From assembly GCA_001778635.1 (NCBI GenBank), contig MFHO01000019.1:1-37985 (forward strand): 37,985 nt of DNA. Direction: 5' to 3'. Made by a program: the position numbers and the translations under genes. This DNA comes from Candidatus Giovannonibacteria bacterium RIFCSPHIGHO2_02_FULL_45_13. GTDB taxonomy: Bacteria > Patescibacteriota > Minisyncoccia > UBA11713 > 2-01-FULL-45-33. Below, piece after piece: positions 1 to 9,745 of the stretch. The notes beneath the pieces were generated by a model. That model ran no database searches. It saw nothing but the letters and a program-made list of their open reading frames with translations, and was not told where the DNA came from. Position 1 is the stretch's first letter; every line of letters starts with the position of its first letter.

Positions 1-1275
1 GGAGATTACACAATTGAAATTATGGACACCCAAAACGCGGGAGTCCGCGACGTAAGCGATAGCGCGTTCACTATTGCCCCGAAAGCTTCAATTACTGTAG
101 TTGCTCCAAACGGAGGCGAGCGGTGGTTTAAGGGTTTCCAAGCAACTGTCCGCTGGAGTTCAGGAAATATTCTAAGCAAATCCGTAAATATAAATCTGCT
201 AAAAGGCGGGGTTTTCGCGCGGCGCCTGGCTTCCGGCGTTCCTCAAAAGTTTTATTCTTGGGAAACGCAATCCTACGTTTCCGGATCCGGGTTTAACTAT
301 GCTCTTGCAATCCCGTCAGATCTCACAGATGGCTCTGATTACACGCTGGAAATTACCGATTCGGCCGATCTTTCAACCAGCGACGTAAGCAATTCTGCTT
401 TTAGCGTGCTCTCCGTGCCAAGCCCGGTAACTTTCAGCGGACGGATTGTCAATAAATTTACTTCAAGCCCGCTTGCAAATACCCAAATGGGCACTCTTGA
501 TTTTCCGGGCGGCGGATGGGTTTCATTCAAAAGCGGCCCCAACGGAGAATTTTCCATCTCCACCACAACTGCGGAGATGAGCTCAACTAGATTCTGGAAA
601 ATGCCAGTTGCGTCGTGGCCTACGTGCTACATGCTTTGGCAACAACTTCTTTACTGGAGAACAGACTCAATTTACCATCACGACCACCTTTTTGACTTGC
701 TTCGCGACACAATCGTTCCGCTTGTAAAATCTGATGTGAATTTCGGCGATGTTCCAATGTGGCCCGGAACCGGCCTTTATACTTACGCTGACAAACCGAA
801 CGTCTCCAGCGCTATGGTAAGCTATCCCGATTCCAGTTACGGCGGCTGGCAAATTCTCGCGTTAGAAGCGGATTTGCAAGTAAAACTTTATGATTTCACT
901 GCCGGTGTTTACTACACCGCGCCGTCCATAAAAATTCCTTTGGCAAACGGCTGCACGCCGAAAACACTTACGTATCTTAATGGGGCGTTTAAGTGGGAGC
1001 CGTACAATATACGATCTTCGTATGGGATTTCCGGCGCCACATTTGCAGTAGGAACACCGATTAATAAAGTTACATTCTCCGCCGCCGGAGGCGTGGCGCC
1101 ATACACATGGGGGCTTTACTACGGTCCATTGCCGCCCGGCCTTACGCTTGATCCTGCGACCGGCGTACTGTCCGGAACTCCAACAACTGCCGGAACATAC
1201 AAATTCCAGATAAAAATTACTGACGCCAATGGCATCAACGGCGGCAGCTGGCCAATAACGGTTACGGTTAAATAA
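1..1275 (+). CDS. Surface/secreted Ig-like repeat protein with C-terminal putative Ig (He_PIG-like) domain; 5'-truncated by window edge
   Basis: Frame is open from base 1 (GDYTIEIMDT...). Repeated beta-sandwich units: GDYTIEI..D..D.SDSAFTI / SDYTLEITDS...SDVSNSAFSV and SITVVAPNGGERW. C-terminal GGVAPYTW...LPPGLTLDPATGVLSGTPTTAGTYKFQIKITDANG is typical of He_PIG. Confidence 0.75.
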   Translation, partial: GDYTIEIMDTQNAGVRDVSDSAFTIAPKASITVVAPNGGERWFKGFQATVRWSSGNILSKSVNINLLKGGVFARRLASGVPQKFYSWETQSYVSGSGFNYALAIPSDLTDGSDYTLEITDSADLSTSDVSNSAFSVLSVPSPVTFSGRIVNKFTSSPLANTQMGTLDFPGGGWVSFKSGPNGEFSISTTTAEMSSTRFWKMPVASWPTCYMLWQQLLYWRTDSIYHHDHLFDLLRDTIVPLVKSDVNFGDVPMWPGTGLYTYADKPNVSSAMVSYPDSSYGGWQILALEADLQVKLYDFTAGVYYTAPSIKIPLANGCTPKTLTYLNGAFKWEPYNIRSSYGISGATFAVGTPINKVTFSAAGGVAPYTWGLYYGPLPPGLTLDPATGVLSGTPTTAGTYKFQIKITDANGINGGSWPITVTVK

Positions 1276-1798
1276 AGATTTGCCGTAAAACCAGGTACCA
1301 AAACGAGGTGGCTATGAGGAGGATTTGGGTAAGCATACCCAAAAGCCAATTTTTTGCGGGCACAGTCCAGTGAAAATAGCTGTGAAAACCGTGATATTTT
1401 TGCAAAGACGGATTTTCCAGCCGCAGTTTCGGCGACCAAAGCGGCGAGGTATCAACAATATCAGGGAATGCTCCTCCCAACGCGCCGATTAAAATTAAAC
1501 TTAATTGGTCCGGTGGTGATAAAGCAAAAATAATTGCAAATAATATTATAGATACAAGCCAATCAATAAAAAGCATCGCCCAACCGCGTGCGCCGAAAGC
1601 GCCAAGAGTGTTTTCTTCAAAATTGCTGTCTCCAAGATAAGGCGCGCGCCTTTCCTTAACGCGGAAAGATCCTTGATCAAAATGCGGCATGGCATCCATC
1701 AAATGGTGGCTCAAAAAACCCGCAAAAAATCCGGCGTAAGGATTGCCGGTTGCCACGCCGATTGCCGCTCCAGCCAGCGAATGTGTCGTAAAAAACAT
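1268..1798 (-). CDS. Membrane protein, putative metal-dependent hydrolase (YdjM-like)
   Basis: Hydrophobic helices with THSLAG, SHHLMDAMPHFD, PDIVD and HGFHSYFH His/Asp motifs. Confidence 0.6.
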   Translation of the reverse strand: MFFTTHSLAGAAIGVATGNPYAGFFAGFLSHHLMDAMPHFDQGSFRVKERRAPYLGDSNFEENTLGAFGARGWAMLFIDWLVSIILFAIIFALSPPDQLSLILIGALGGAFPDIVDTSPLWSPKLRLENPSLQKYHGFHSYFHWTVPAKNWLLGMLTQILLIATSFWYLVLRQIFI

Positions 1799-1822
1799 AT
1801 GCTGGATATATTAGCACAAATT

Positions 1823-2296
1823 TTACTGTATGCCTCCGGTTGAGAAAATTGTGATTGTGCGGGTTTTGGATTGGTCGCGTTGTGAGGAGATTGTGACAGT
1901 GCCGGAAGCGGTGGTTGTGCCGCCCAAAATAGAAAATACAGTATCCACCGCGCCTCCGGAGAGAGTAATTGAACTTATTTTAACAAGCGTCGGCAAAATG
2001 TAGGCTTCATTCGCCGAATCGGATGCGCTGTAAACCGATCCTTTGAACAAAACAGCTTTGGTTGCTTCAAAATGGACGCCGTAAGTCTTTTTATCTTGAG
2101 ATCCAACGGACCTCGACCGCGCGTCTCTTAAAATTCCTATGATTGTTTCTTGGGCTGATTGCAAATCGTTGGATTCCCGAAAAGCCCCGAAGGCGACGAA
2201 GAGAATCGTCGCAATGATCGCGACAATAAAAAAACTTATCAGCATTTCGAGCATTGTAAATCCCCCATTTTCCATTTTCCATTTTACATTTTTCAT
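1823..2296 (-). CDS. Type IV pilin/pseudopilin with prepilin N-terminal cleavage motif
   Basis: G|FTMLEMLISFFIVAII class III signal; lies directly downstream of pilC. Confidence 0.9.
   Translation of the reverse strand: MKNVKWKMENGGFTMLEMLISFFIVAIIATILFVAFGAFRESNDLQSAQETIIGILRDARSRSVGSQDKKTYGVHFEATKAVLFKGSVYSASDSANEAYILPTLVKISSITLSGGAVDTVFSILGGTTTASGTVTISSQRDQSKTRTITIFSTGGIQ
2265..2292 (-). repeat. Heptanucleotide tandem repeat (AAAATGT AAAATGG AAAATGG AAAATGG) in the prepilin leader
   Basis: Four 7-nt units read directly; they encode KNVKWKMENG. Confidence 0.85.
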
Positions 2297-2300
2297 TGCT

Positions 2301-3524
2301 TCAAAACGCCCCCACTAAATTATACATTGGAGAAATCATTGAGATCGCGAAAAATCCGACCACGACGCCGATAAGAATCATAAGCGCCGGTTCAATAACC
2401 GTTGAAAGATCTTTCGTGGCCTGCGCCGCTTCACCTTCATAAAAAGACGCAAGGCGCAAAAGCATGTGCGAAAGCTCTCCCGTCTCCTCCCCGATGGCCA
2501 TCATTTCGCCGACCAATGCCGGGTAAAGCTCTCCTGAAGAAAGGAATGCCTTAGAAATGGTCTCGCCGCGCTGGATTTTCGCCCGCGCGTCTTCCAGAAT
2601 ATTTTGATAAAGATGGTTTTGTAAAACTTCTTTTGTTATAGAAATGGCTTCCAATATATCCACGCCGGAAGAAACCAGGGAACTTAAAGTCCGGCAAGTT
2701 CGCGCGGAATTAAATTTTTGATTAATGCCTTTAATAATCGGCAGGTGTGTAAAAAGCCAGTCGACTTGCTTTTTGCCTCTCGGAGACCCAAACCAACGAT
2801 AGAGGGCGTAGCCGGCCGCGGCTGAACCCAAGAGAAAAAATAGGCCGCTTTGCAATAGTGACTTGCTGATTAAAATAATAAATTGAGTAGAAAGAGGCAA
2901 CTCGACTTTTAATTCTTCAAAGGTCGAAATCAAGGTCGGCACAACGTAAATCAGCATCAAAATTCCTATGCCAACCATTGCGATCATTACGATTATGGGA
3001 TAAACCATCGCTCCGCGCACTTTTTTTTTCAAAACATAATCTTTTTTTAATTGCAGGGCTATCAATTTCAGAGACTCTTCCAATTTGCCTGATTTTTCTC
3101 CGGCGCGTACCATCTCCTGGTAAAATTTCGGGAAAATGTCAGGCCGCTCGCCTATTGCTTCGGCAAAAGATTTTCCTTTTTTGATTGATTCGGCCACTTG
3201 CGAAATGGTTGCCTTGAATTTCTCGTTTTGCGTCTGCCTCGCCATCACCTCTAAAGCCTTAGAAAGACTGACACCGGCTCCTATCATAACTGCCGTGTTG
3301 CGCGAAAAATTCAATTTTTCCTCCAAAGAAACCCGCTGAAAAAATTGCGGGATGTAATCGTTCCAGTTTTTTCTCCGCCGGACAACACCGGTCTCCGCCA
3401 CAAAAAGCGGCGTGATTCCGTCCGCTCGCAACATGCGCGCCAAATCATACTGGTCTTTTGCTTCTCTGTTTCCCTCAATATCCGCCCCTCCCTTGTCTCT
3501 GCCCCTATAATGATAAAACGGCAT
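2301..3524 (-). CDS. pilC: Type II secretion system F family / type IV pilus platform protein PilC
   Basis: Two T2SSF domains (MVRAGEKSGKLEESL...KKKVRGAMVYP; MMAIGEETGELSHML...VIEPALM). Confidence 0.93.
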   Translation of the reverse strand: MPFYHYRGRDKGGADIEGNREAKDQYDLARMLRADGITPLFVAETGVVRRRKNWNDYIPQFFQRVSLEEKLNFSRNTAVMIGAGVSLSKALEVMARQTQNEKFKATISQVAESIKKGKSFAEAIGERPDIFPKFYQEMVRAGEKSGKLEESLKLIALQLKKDYVLKKKVRGAMVYPIIVMIAMVGIGILMLIYVVPTLISTFEELKVELPLSTQFIILISKSLLQSGLFFLLGSAAAGYALYRWFGSPRGKKQVDWLFTHLPIIKGINQKFNSARTCRTLSSLVSSGVDILEAISITKEVLQNHLYQNILEDARAKIQRGETISKAFLSSGELYPALVGEMMAIGEETGELSHMLLRLASFYEGEAAQATKDLSTVIEPALMILIGVVVGFFAISMISPMYNLVGAF

Positions 3525-3558
3525 ACATTTATTCTACCAATTTTTAGGATGTTATAAT

Positions 3559-5328
3559 ATGCTTAATACGCCGATGGTAAAGCTTAAAAAAGAAAATTTG
3601 ATAGAGGGATGGAAAATAATTTTGAAATATCTCCGTCCGCACCGCGAGGCGGTTTTTGCGCTGATCGGCTTAAGCGTCGTTTCGGCGGCGCTTAACGCCG
3701 GCGTTCCATACTTGGCTGGGCGCGTAATTGATAGCATTATCAGCCAAAATTCCGCGGTTTTTATTTTTGTCGCCATCTGGTTTTTTGTAAGGATTTCCGG
3801 CAATATCATTGATTGGCGAATTTCGATCCGCAACGACGCGCTTGCTTCCGACCTCGACGGAGAATATATTGCCGTTGGCTACGCAAAACTGCTTAGACTT
3901 CCTCTTTCCTTCCACAAAAATCACAAAATGGGAGATATCTTAAACAGAATTGCGAGGGCGGCCGACCAGCTTTATGATTTGGTGCACCAAATTGTTATCG
4001 GAATGGCTCCGCAGCTTTTAAGCATTGTGTTCGCGCTTTATTTTGTGTTCTCCGCAAACAGCCTGCTTGCGTTAGTTTTAATTTGCAGCGCCATTATCTA
4101 TATTTCAATTTTAATCAAAACCGCGCCGGCGCTGGCCGCAAAATCGAAAGTATCAAATCGGGCGTTTTATCGCGTTTATGGGGACGCGCATGACACGATC
4201 TTAAACGTTGCATCGGTGAAGCAAGCCACCGCGGAGAACGACGCTGCAAAAAAATTATTTCACGGATTCGTGCACAGAGCCTATGGGTTGTGGTTTGAGC
4301 TCACCAAGTTCTGGAGCGTTCTGAATTTTTGGCAAGCATTGCTTGTCGCGGCTGCGCAATTTTTAATTTATTTAATTGCGATTTTTCTAATAAGAGACGG
4401 GAAGCTAACCATTGGAGAACTCGTCATGTTCGGCGGCTACTCCGCGATGTTTTTGGGGCCGTTCGCGTTTATGGGCCGCAACTGGCAGACAATACAAAAC
4501 GGCATTACTGCAATCCAATACGCTGAAAAAATTCTCAACATTCCAGCTGAAGAATATTCGCCCAAGAACACTGTTATCTTAGAAAAGGTTATCGGTGAGG
4601 TGGAGTTTAACAATATCAGTTTTTGGTACAGCAAAAAACAGGGCGAGGTGTTAAAAAATATAAATCTGCGCGCGCTCCCCGGAGAAAAAGTCGCGCTGGT
4701 AGGAGAGTCGGGAGTCGGCAAGAGCACGCTGGTGGATTTGATTTCTCATTATTACAAACCGGCTGCGGGCAAAATTTTAATTGACGGACACAATGTAAAG
4801 AATCTGGATTTAAAATTTTTGCGCTCGCAAATCGCCGTTGTTCCGCAGGAAATCATGCTCTTTAACGATACTATTAAAAATAATATTAAATACGGAAGTT
4901 TCAGCGCGTCCAATGAAAAAATTGCCCACGCTACCGGCCTCGCCCACGCCGATGAATTTATAAATAATTTTCCCAGAAAATATGAGCAAATTGTCGGCGA
5001 GCGCGGGATCAAGCTTTCAATGGGCCAAAAACAGCGTGTAGCTCTGGCGCGCGCTTTCCTGCGCGATCCCAAAATTTTAATTCTGGATGAGCCAACTTCC
5101 GCTTTGGACGCAAAATCTGAAAAATTTATTCAAGAATCCTTGCGCGAGCTTATGCATGGCCGGACAACTTTTATAATCGCGCATCGCTTAAGCACGGTCC
5201 GCGATGTAGATAAAATCTTTGTGCTTCATAAAGGCACAATCGCAGAAGTAGGCACTCACGACGAACTGATTGCCAAAAAAGATGGCGTCTACCGCCGCCT
5301 CTATGAACTGCAGGTTGGATTTAACTGA
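3559..5328 (+). CDS. ABC transporter fused permease/ATP-binding protein (MsbA/MdlB-like exporter)
   Basis: TM domain plus Walker A GESGVGKST, signature LSMGQKQR, Walker B ILILDE and IAHRLST. True start may be ATG 3574. Confidence 0.92.
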   Translation: MLNTPMVKLKKENLIEGWKIILKYLRPHREAVFALIGLSVVSAALNAGVPYLAGRVIDSIISQNSAVFIFVAIWFFVRISGNIIDWRISIRNDALASDLDGEYIAVGYAKLLRLPLSFHKNHKMGDILNRIARAADQLYDLVHQIVIGMAPQLLSIVFALYFVFSANSLLALVLICSAIIYISILIKTAPALAAKSKVSNRAFYRVYGDAHDTILNVASVKQATAENDAAKKLFHGFVHRAYGLWFELTKFWSVLNFWQALLVAAAQFLIYLIAIFLIRDGKLTIGELVMFGGYSAMFLGPFAFMGRNWQTIQNGITAIQYAEKILNIPAEEYSPKNTVILEKVIGEVEFNNISFWYSKKQGEVLKNINLRALPGEKVALVGESGVGKSTLVDLISHYYKPAAGKILIDGHNVKNLDLKFLRSQIAVVPQEIMLFNDTIKNNIKYGSFSASNEKIAHATGLAHADEFINNFPRKYEQIVGERGIKLSMGQKQRVALARAFLRDPKILILDEPTSALDAKSEKFIQESLRELMHGRTTFIIAHRLSTVRDVDKIFVLHKGTIAEVGTHDELIAKKDGVYRRLYELQVGFN

Positions 5329-5348
5329 CCCAAACCAGGTTTGGGTCA
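5326..5348. terminator. Palindrome between convergent ABC and jag genes (terminator-like)
   Basis: TGACCCAAACC-A-GGTTTGGGTCA, with 11-bp arms. Confidence 0.45.
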
Positions 5349-5412
5349 TAAAGATCATAAGAAAAAACCCCGCTTACTTGCAGGTCTAAATTGCTAAAAG
5401 ACACTTGGCGTC

Positions 5413-5892
5413 CTAAACCAAATCTAGGGGCTTGACCACGACTCTGCGATCCGGGCCTTCGCCGGTGGACTGTGTGGAAATATCGGGATACTCCTGCAAA
5501 ACAGAGTGCACAATTCTGCGATCGTAAGCGTTCATAGGGCGCATCTCAACTTCTTTTTTAAAATATCGCACCCTCTGGGCATGCATTCGCGCCATGTCTT
5601 TTATCTCCTCTATCCTTTTTTTATTGTAATCATTGACGTCAATTAAAAATCGGAATTTGCTCCCGGGGAATTTTTGTTCGTATATGCGTTTGATTAAATA
5701 AGTAAACGAGAAAAGATGTTTGCCTCCATCCCCGATCAAAAGCGGCGCCTCTGTGCCGGGCGTTTTTATAATAAACCAATTATCTTCTCCGCCTTCTTGA
5801 AATTCTAACGAACACAAAAATCCCATTCGAGCCAAAAGGTCTTTTATGGTATTTTCGGCAAACTCAATTTGTTGCTTTGTTTCGCTATCCAT
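5413..5892 (-). CDS. jag: Jag/KhpB (EloR) family RNA-binding protein, KH + R3H
   Basis: LLIGDGGKHL KH motif; DVNDY; PMNAYDRRIVH R3H motif; STGEGPDRRVVV; conserved yidC-jag context. Confidence 0.88.
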   Translation of the reverse strand: MDSETKQQIEFAENTIKDLLARMGFLCSLEFQEGGEDNWFIIKTPGTEAPLLIGDGGKHLFSFTYLIKRIYEQKFPGSKFRFLIDVNDYNKKRIEEIKDMARMHAQRVRYFKKEVEMRPMNAYDRRIVHSVLQEYPDISTQSTGEGPDRRVVVKPLDLV

Positions 5893-6595
5893 TTTGAAGC
5901 GCTCGTCTGCGGACGACCGCTTCGTGCACTATAGCAAAAACATTCATTGCTGTCCAATACAAAGAAACCGCCGCCGGCAGTTTAAACGCTATAAAAAAAA
6001 CCAGAATTGGGAAAAAATAAACCATCTGAAACTGCATCGCCCGTTGCATATCTTTTTTCGCTTCGGCGCCGCCGCCGGAAACGACCGCTAGTTTCGCCTG
6101 CAAGAATTGGGAAGCGGCGGCCAAAACGGCCAGCAGTACGCTGGCCTCGGTTAAAGAAATAAATCCTAAAAACATTGTATTAACCGGCACGGAAATATCC
6201 AAAAACGCATAAACTTCGCCCGCCTTAAACGGAATGCCCTGCCAAAAAACCTGGTACAGCGCGATCAAGAGCGGCAACTGAACAATTAACATAACAAATC
6301 CAGCGAGCGGATTGATGCCGTGAACGCGATAAAGTTCCATGAGCGCTTTGGTTTGTTCTTCTTTGGTCTTTTTCTCCGCGTAGATTTTTTTTACGTCCGG
6401 TTCTATTCTTTTCATTGCGTTTTGAGTTTTTAGCATGTTGTGAGTCATAGGAAACGTCAGCACCCTTATAAACACGGTCAGTAAAATCACCGCCAAACCC
6501 AGATCGTGCCCCGGCAAAATCGAAGTCAAAAAAACCAAAGCCCCCAAAAGCGGGCGGTAAAATATTTCATTAAAAACTAATTTTAGATAGAACAT
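5885..6595 (-). CDS. yidC: YidC/Oxa1 membrane protein insertase
   Basis: GLAVILLTVFIRVLTFP, MELYRVHGINPLAG, IVQLPLLIALY, PAAVSLYW. Confidence 0.93.
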   Translation of the reverse strand: MFYLKLVFNEIFYRPLLGALVFLTSILPGHDLGLAVILLTVFIRVLTFPMTHNMLKTQNAMKRIEPDVKKIYAEKKTKEEQTKALMELYRVHGINPLAGFVMLIVQLPLLIALYQVFWQGIPFKAGEVYAFLDISVPVNTMFLGFISLTEASVLLAVLAAASQFLQAKLAVVSGGGAEAKKDMQRAMQFQMVYFFPILVFFIAFKLPAAVSLYWTAMNVFAIVHEAVVRRRALQNG

Positions 6596-6908
6596 TTTTT
6601 ATGTCTTCTTTGATTTCGGCGAATGGCGGGACCGCGCGGTCAGCCAATTTCATAAAAAAAACAACGTCCCGTCCCGGCTTGGCGGCGCCGAACACGCTTC
6701 GCGCCGCTTCCGCCATGCGCCTTTTTGCTAAATTCCGCAGATGCGCCGCCCTGGTTTTAGGCCCGGAAACAACAAAAGCAAACCTGTTAAATGCCAAATT
6801 ATTCCGCCTTGCGCGCGCAGTAAGCAGCGCACCTTTAAAATAACCGGATTTCAGCTTAAAAAACCGCTCAAGACCCTTGCGTCCGATTCTAAAAGATTTT
6901 TTAAGCAT
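6570..6908 (-). CDS. rnpA: Ribonuclease P protein component
   Basis: MLKKSFRI..., RFAFVVS...AAHLRNLAKRRMAE (RNR-like motif); lies between rpmH and yidC. Confidence 0.85.
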   Translation of the reverse strand: MLKKSFRIGRKGLERFFKLKSGYFKGALLTARARRNNLAFNRFAFVVSGPKTRAAHLRNLAKRRMAEAARSVFGAAKPGRDVVFFMKLADRAVPPFAEIKEDIKNVLSKISF

Positions 6909-6914
6909 ACCACA

Positions 6915-7049
6915 TCAAACAACCAGCCGCTCCCTCCCTTTCTGGCGCCTTCTGGAAAGCACATTGCGGCCCGTTTTGGAGCGCATTCTCTTTAAAAAGC
7001 CATGTGTGCGCGCCCGTTTTCTTTTTTTGGGTTGATAAGTTACAGACAT
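6915..7049 (-). CDS. rpmH: 50S ribosomal protein L34 (not in ORF track)
   Basis: Manual translation: [44 protein letters not shown]. Confidence 0.97.
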   Translation of the reverse strand: MSVTYQPKKRKRARTHGFLKRMRSKTGRNVLSRRRQKGRERLVV

Positions 7050-7159
7050 CGCCTTTTTATTTTACAACAATTTGGCTTTTAAGCAATATTCACAGGCACT
7101 CCACAATCTATTAACATTTTTTACAATGCAATGTTTATCATTAGGTTTATAGTAAAACT
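7050..7159. promoter_or_regulatory. rpmH/dnaA divergent promoter region with degenerate DnaA boxes
   Basis: ATATTCACA 7086-7094 and CACTCCACA 7097-7105; -10 TATAGT 7148-7153 lies 6 nt before the dnaA ATG. Confidence 0.6.
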
Positions 7160-8539
7160 ATGACAAATGAAGAATTGTGGAATGTGGCGCTTGGGGAAAT
7201 AGAGCTAGCCGTGTCGCGAGCAAATTTCGTCACATGGTTTAAGGATACAAAAATCATAGATCAATCCAACGGAATAATAACCGTAGGCGTGCCTAACGGA
7301 TTTTCGAAAGAATGGCTGGAGAACAAATTCCACAAATTTATTCTGAAATCTTTAAGATCAAACGCGCCGGAAATACGCGCCGCAAACTATTCAATCGTTG
7401 CCCCCTCTGCAAACAATGTTAAACCAACTAAGCCAAAATTCAAAAAAGAGCCCATTTTTAACGATGCGGAACAATTGGAATTCAGAGAATTCTACATTGA
7501 TCCCAAAACCAACCTTCATCCTAAATATACCTTAGATTCTTTCATAGTAGGGTCTTTCAACGAGCTTGCTCACGCGGCGGCCATAGCCGTTATTAAAAAT
7601 CCCGGGCGAGCTTACAATCCTTTATTTGTCTACGGAGGCGTCGGGCTTGGAAAAACACACCTTTTGCAGGCAATCGGCAACTCAATACTTAAAGAAGGCC
7701 CCAATAAAAAAGTTTATTACCTCACTTCCGAAAAATTTACGAACGAACTTTTGAATTCCCTGCAAAATCAAACTATTCAAAGTTTCAAAGAAAAATTTAG
7801 AGATTATGATTTGCTTATTGTTGATGATGTGCAATTTTTCGCCAATAAAACAAAAACGCAAGAGGAGTTTTTCCACACATTTAATACGCTTTTTGAATCG
7901 GGCAGGCAGCTTGTTTTTTCTTCCGATAGATCTCCCAAATCCATTCCAAGCATAGGCGAAATAAACGACCGCCTGATTTCCCGCATGGAAGCCGGAGTTC
8001 TTGTAGATATTTCGGAGCCTGAATACGAAGCCAGGCTTGCTATATTAAAAGCAAAATCGGCGGAAAAGAAAATAGATTTGCCAGAATCAACGTTAGAATT
8101 GATCGCTTTAATGGTCCAAAAAAGCATAAGGGAACTGGAAGGCGCACTCAATACGGTAAACATTCAATCAAAATATCAAAACGAGGTGCTTACTAAAGAA
8201 GAAGTTAGGGCGATATTAAGCAAAAATTTAAAACCCAGAAATACCATAACTCCAAGCCAAATCATAAAAACCGTGGCTGAATTTTATGATATACCAGAAA
8301 AATCTATTTACGAACACACAAGAAAAACGGAGGTTGTGCGCCCGCGCCAAATAGCAATGTTTCTGCTCAGAGAAGACCTAAAAGGATCATATCCTTATAT
8401 AGGACAAAAATTTGGCGGCATGGATCACACAACCGCGATTCATGCTTACGAAAAAATCCATGAAGAAACAAAAAAGAACACCAGATTAGAAGAAGAAATA
8501 AAGGGTATTAGAGGTAAATATCAAAACCAACAAAGATAA
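7160..8539 (+). CDS. dnaA: Chromosomal replication initiator DnaA
   Basis: YNPLFVYGGVGLGKTHLL, LLIVDDVQF, QEEFFHTFN, RELEGAL, RPRQIAMFL, FGGMDHTTAIHA. Confidence 0.98.
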   Translation: MTNEELWNVALGEIELAVSRANFVTWFKDTKIIDQSNGIITVGVPNGFSKEWLENKFHKFILKSLRSNAPEIRAANYSIVAPSANNVKPTKPKFKKEPIFNDAEQLEFREFYIDPKTNLHPKYTLDSFIVGSFNELAHAAAIAVIKNPGRAYNPLFVYGGVGLGKTHLLQAIGNSILKEGPNKKVYYLTSEKFTNELLNSLQNQTIQSFKEKFRDYDLLIVDDVQFFANKTKTQEEFFHTFNTLFESGRQLVFSSDRSPKSIPSIGEINDRLISRMEAGVLVDISEPEYEARLAILKAKSAEKKIDLPESTLELIALMVQKSIRELEGALNTVNIQSKYQNEVLTKEEVRAILSKNLKPRNTITPSQIIKTVAEFYDIPEKSIYEHTRKTEVVRPRQIAMFLLREDLKGSYPYIGQKFGGMDHTTAIHAYEKIHEETKKNTRLEEEIKGIRGKYQNQQR

Positions 8540-8641
8540 ATTGTTATTAAAAAAATACATTATTTGTATCAATAACATATCCACAGTTTAAATTATCAAA
8601 AATAAATCTAATCCACAAATTAACATAGCTAATAATAATAT
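8540..8641 (+). promoter_or_regulatory. oriC: Probable oriC unwinding region between dnaA and dnaN
   Basis: AT-rich spacer with near-consensus DnaA boxes ATATCCACA (8577-8585) and TAATCCACA (8609-8617), followed by TAG/TAA trinucleotide repeats (DnaA-trio-like). Confidence 0.75.
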
Positions 8642-9745
8642 ATGAAATTACAGTGTACAAATAATAATATTAAAGATGCGGTTGTGACAGCAGAAAGAAA
8701 CACATCAAAAAACCAAACATTACCTGTATTAAATTCTTTATTAATAGATGCAGAAAAAGATAAAATAAAAATCAGGGCAACAAATCTTGAAACAGCAATA
8801 GAAATAATTGTTCCTGGTAAAATTTTTGAGTCCGGAAGCATAGTTGTGCCTGCAAAAATTTTAAGCTCGTTTTTAGCAAACGCTGGCTTTGAACAAATTA
8901 CATTTCAAACCAATAAAAACAATCTTTTGATCAAAACAGATACTGTGGAAACCATAATTCGTGGTTATCCTTTGGAAGATTTTCCTATATTCCCGCATAT
9001 AAGCGCTCAGGAAAAATTTACCGTTCCGGCTCCTGAATTAAAATACGGAATATCTTCGGTTATTATAGCCGCGAGTCATTCGGATATAAAACCTGAACTA
9101 AGCAGTGTGTTTTTCAATGTTTTTAAAAACACAATTAAAATCGCCGCCACAGATTCATTTAGATTAGCAGAAAAAACCATTATTTCTAAAAATATACAAC
9201 AAGAACGATCTCTATCGTTCTTAATACCACAAAAAGGAGCGCAAGAAATTCTCAAACTGCTCGGTGAGGACGAGGATATAGAGCTCGGAATAAATAAAAA
9301 TCAGATAATTTTAAAACACAGAAACTTAATATTTATATCAAGGCTGACTGATGGTAAATTCCCAGATTATGAACAAATTTTACCGAAAAGTTTCAAAACA
9401 ACGGCAATAGTAAAAAAATCCGACATTTCTTCGCATATGAAATTAGCCGGAGTATTTGTTGGCAAGTTAAACGATATTGGTGTTAATTTCGATCCTGCCA
9501 AAAAATCAATTATTATAAACACTTCCAATTCAGACGTAGGAGAACACGTATCTCAAATAAGCTCTATGATTCAAGGCGATAAAATTTCTGCGAAATTCAA
9601 TGAAAGATATTTATCTGAAGGAATTGCGCAAATTAACAGCGAATATATCGAATTTAATTTAAATACTTCGGAGTCGCCTCTGCTCATCAAGGGCAAAGGA
9701 GATAATTCGTATTTGTATCTTTTAATGCCGATGCGGGGAGTTTAA
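8642..9745 (+). CDS. dnaN: DNA polymerase III beta clamp
   Basis: ATNLE, AATDSFRLAEK, SRLTDGKFPDYEQILP, YLLMPMR. Confidence 0.97.
   Translation: MKLQCTNNNIKDAVVTAERNTSKNQTLPVLNSLLIDAEKDKIKIRATNLETAIEIIVPGKIFESGSIVVPAKILSSFLANAGFEQITFQTNKNNLLIKTDTVETIIRGYPLEDFPIFPHISAQEKFTVPAPELKYGISSVIIAASHSDIKPELSSVFFNVFKNTIKIAATDSFRLAEKTIISKNIQQERSLSFLIPQKGAQEILKLLGEDEDIELGINKNQIILKHRNLIFISRLTDGKFPDYEQILPKSFKTTAIVKKSDISSHMKLAGVFVGKLNDIGVNFDPAKKSIIINTSNSDVGEHVSQISSMIQGDKISAKFNERYLSEGIAQINSEYIEFNLNTSESPLLIKGKGDNSYLYLLMPMRGV

Noticed and set aside
3021-3029. T9 run (A9 on the coding strand) in pilC as a phase-variation site
   Set aside because: The frame is intact and long A/T runs are common throughout this window.
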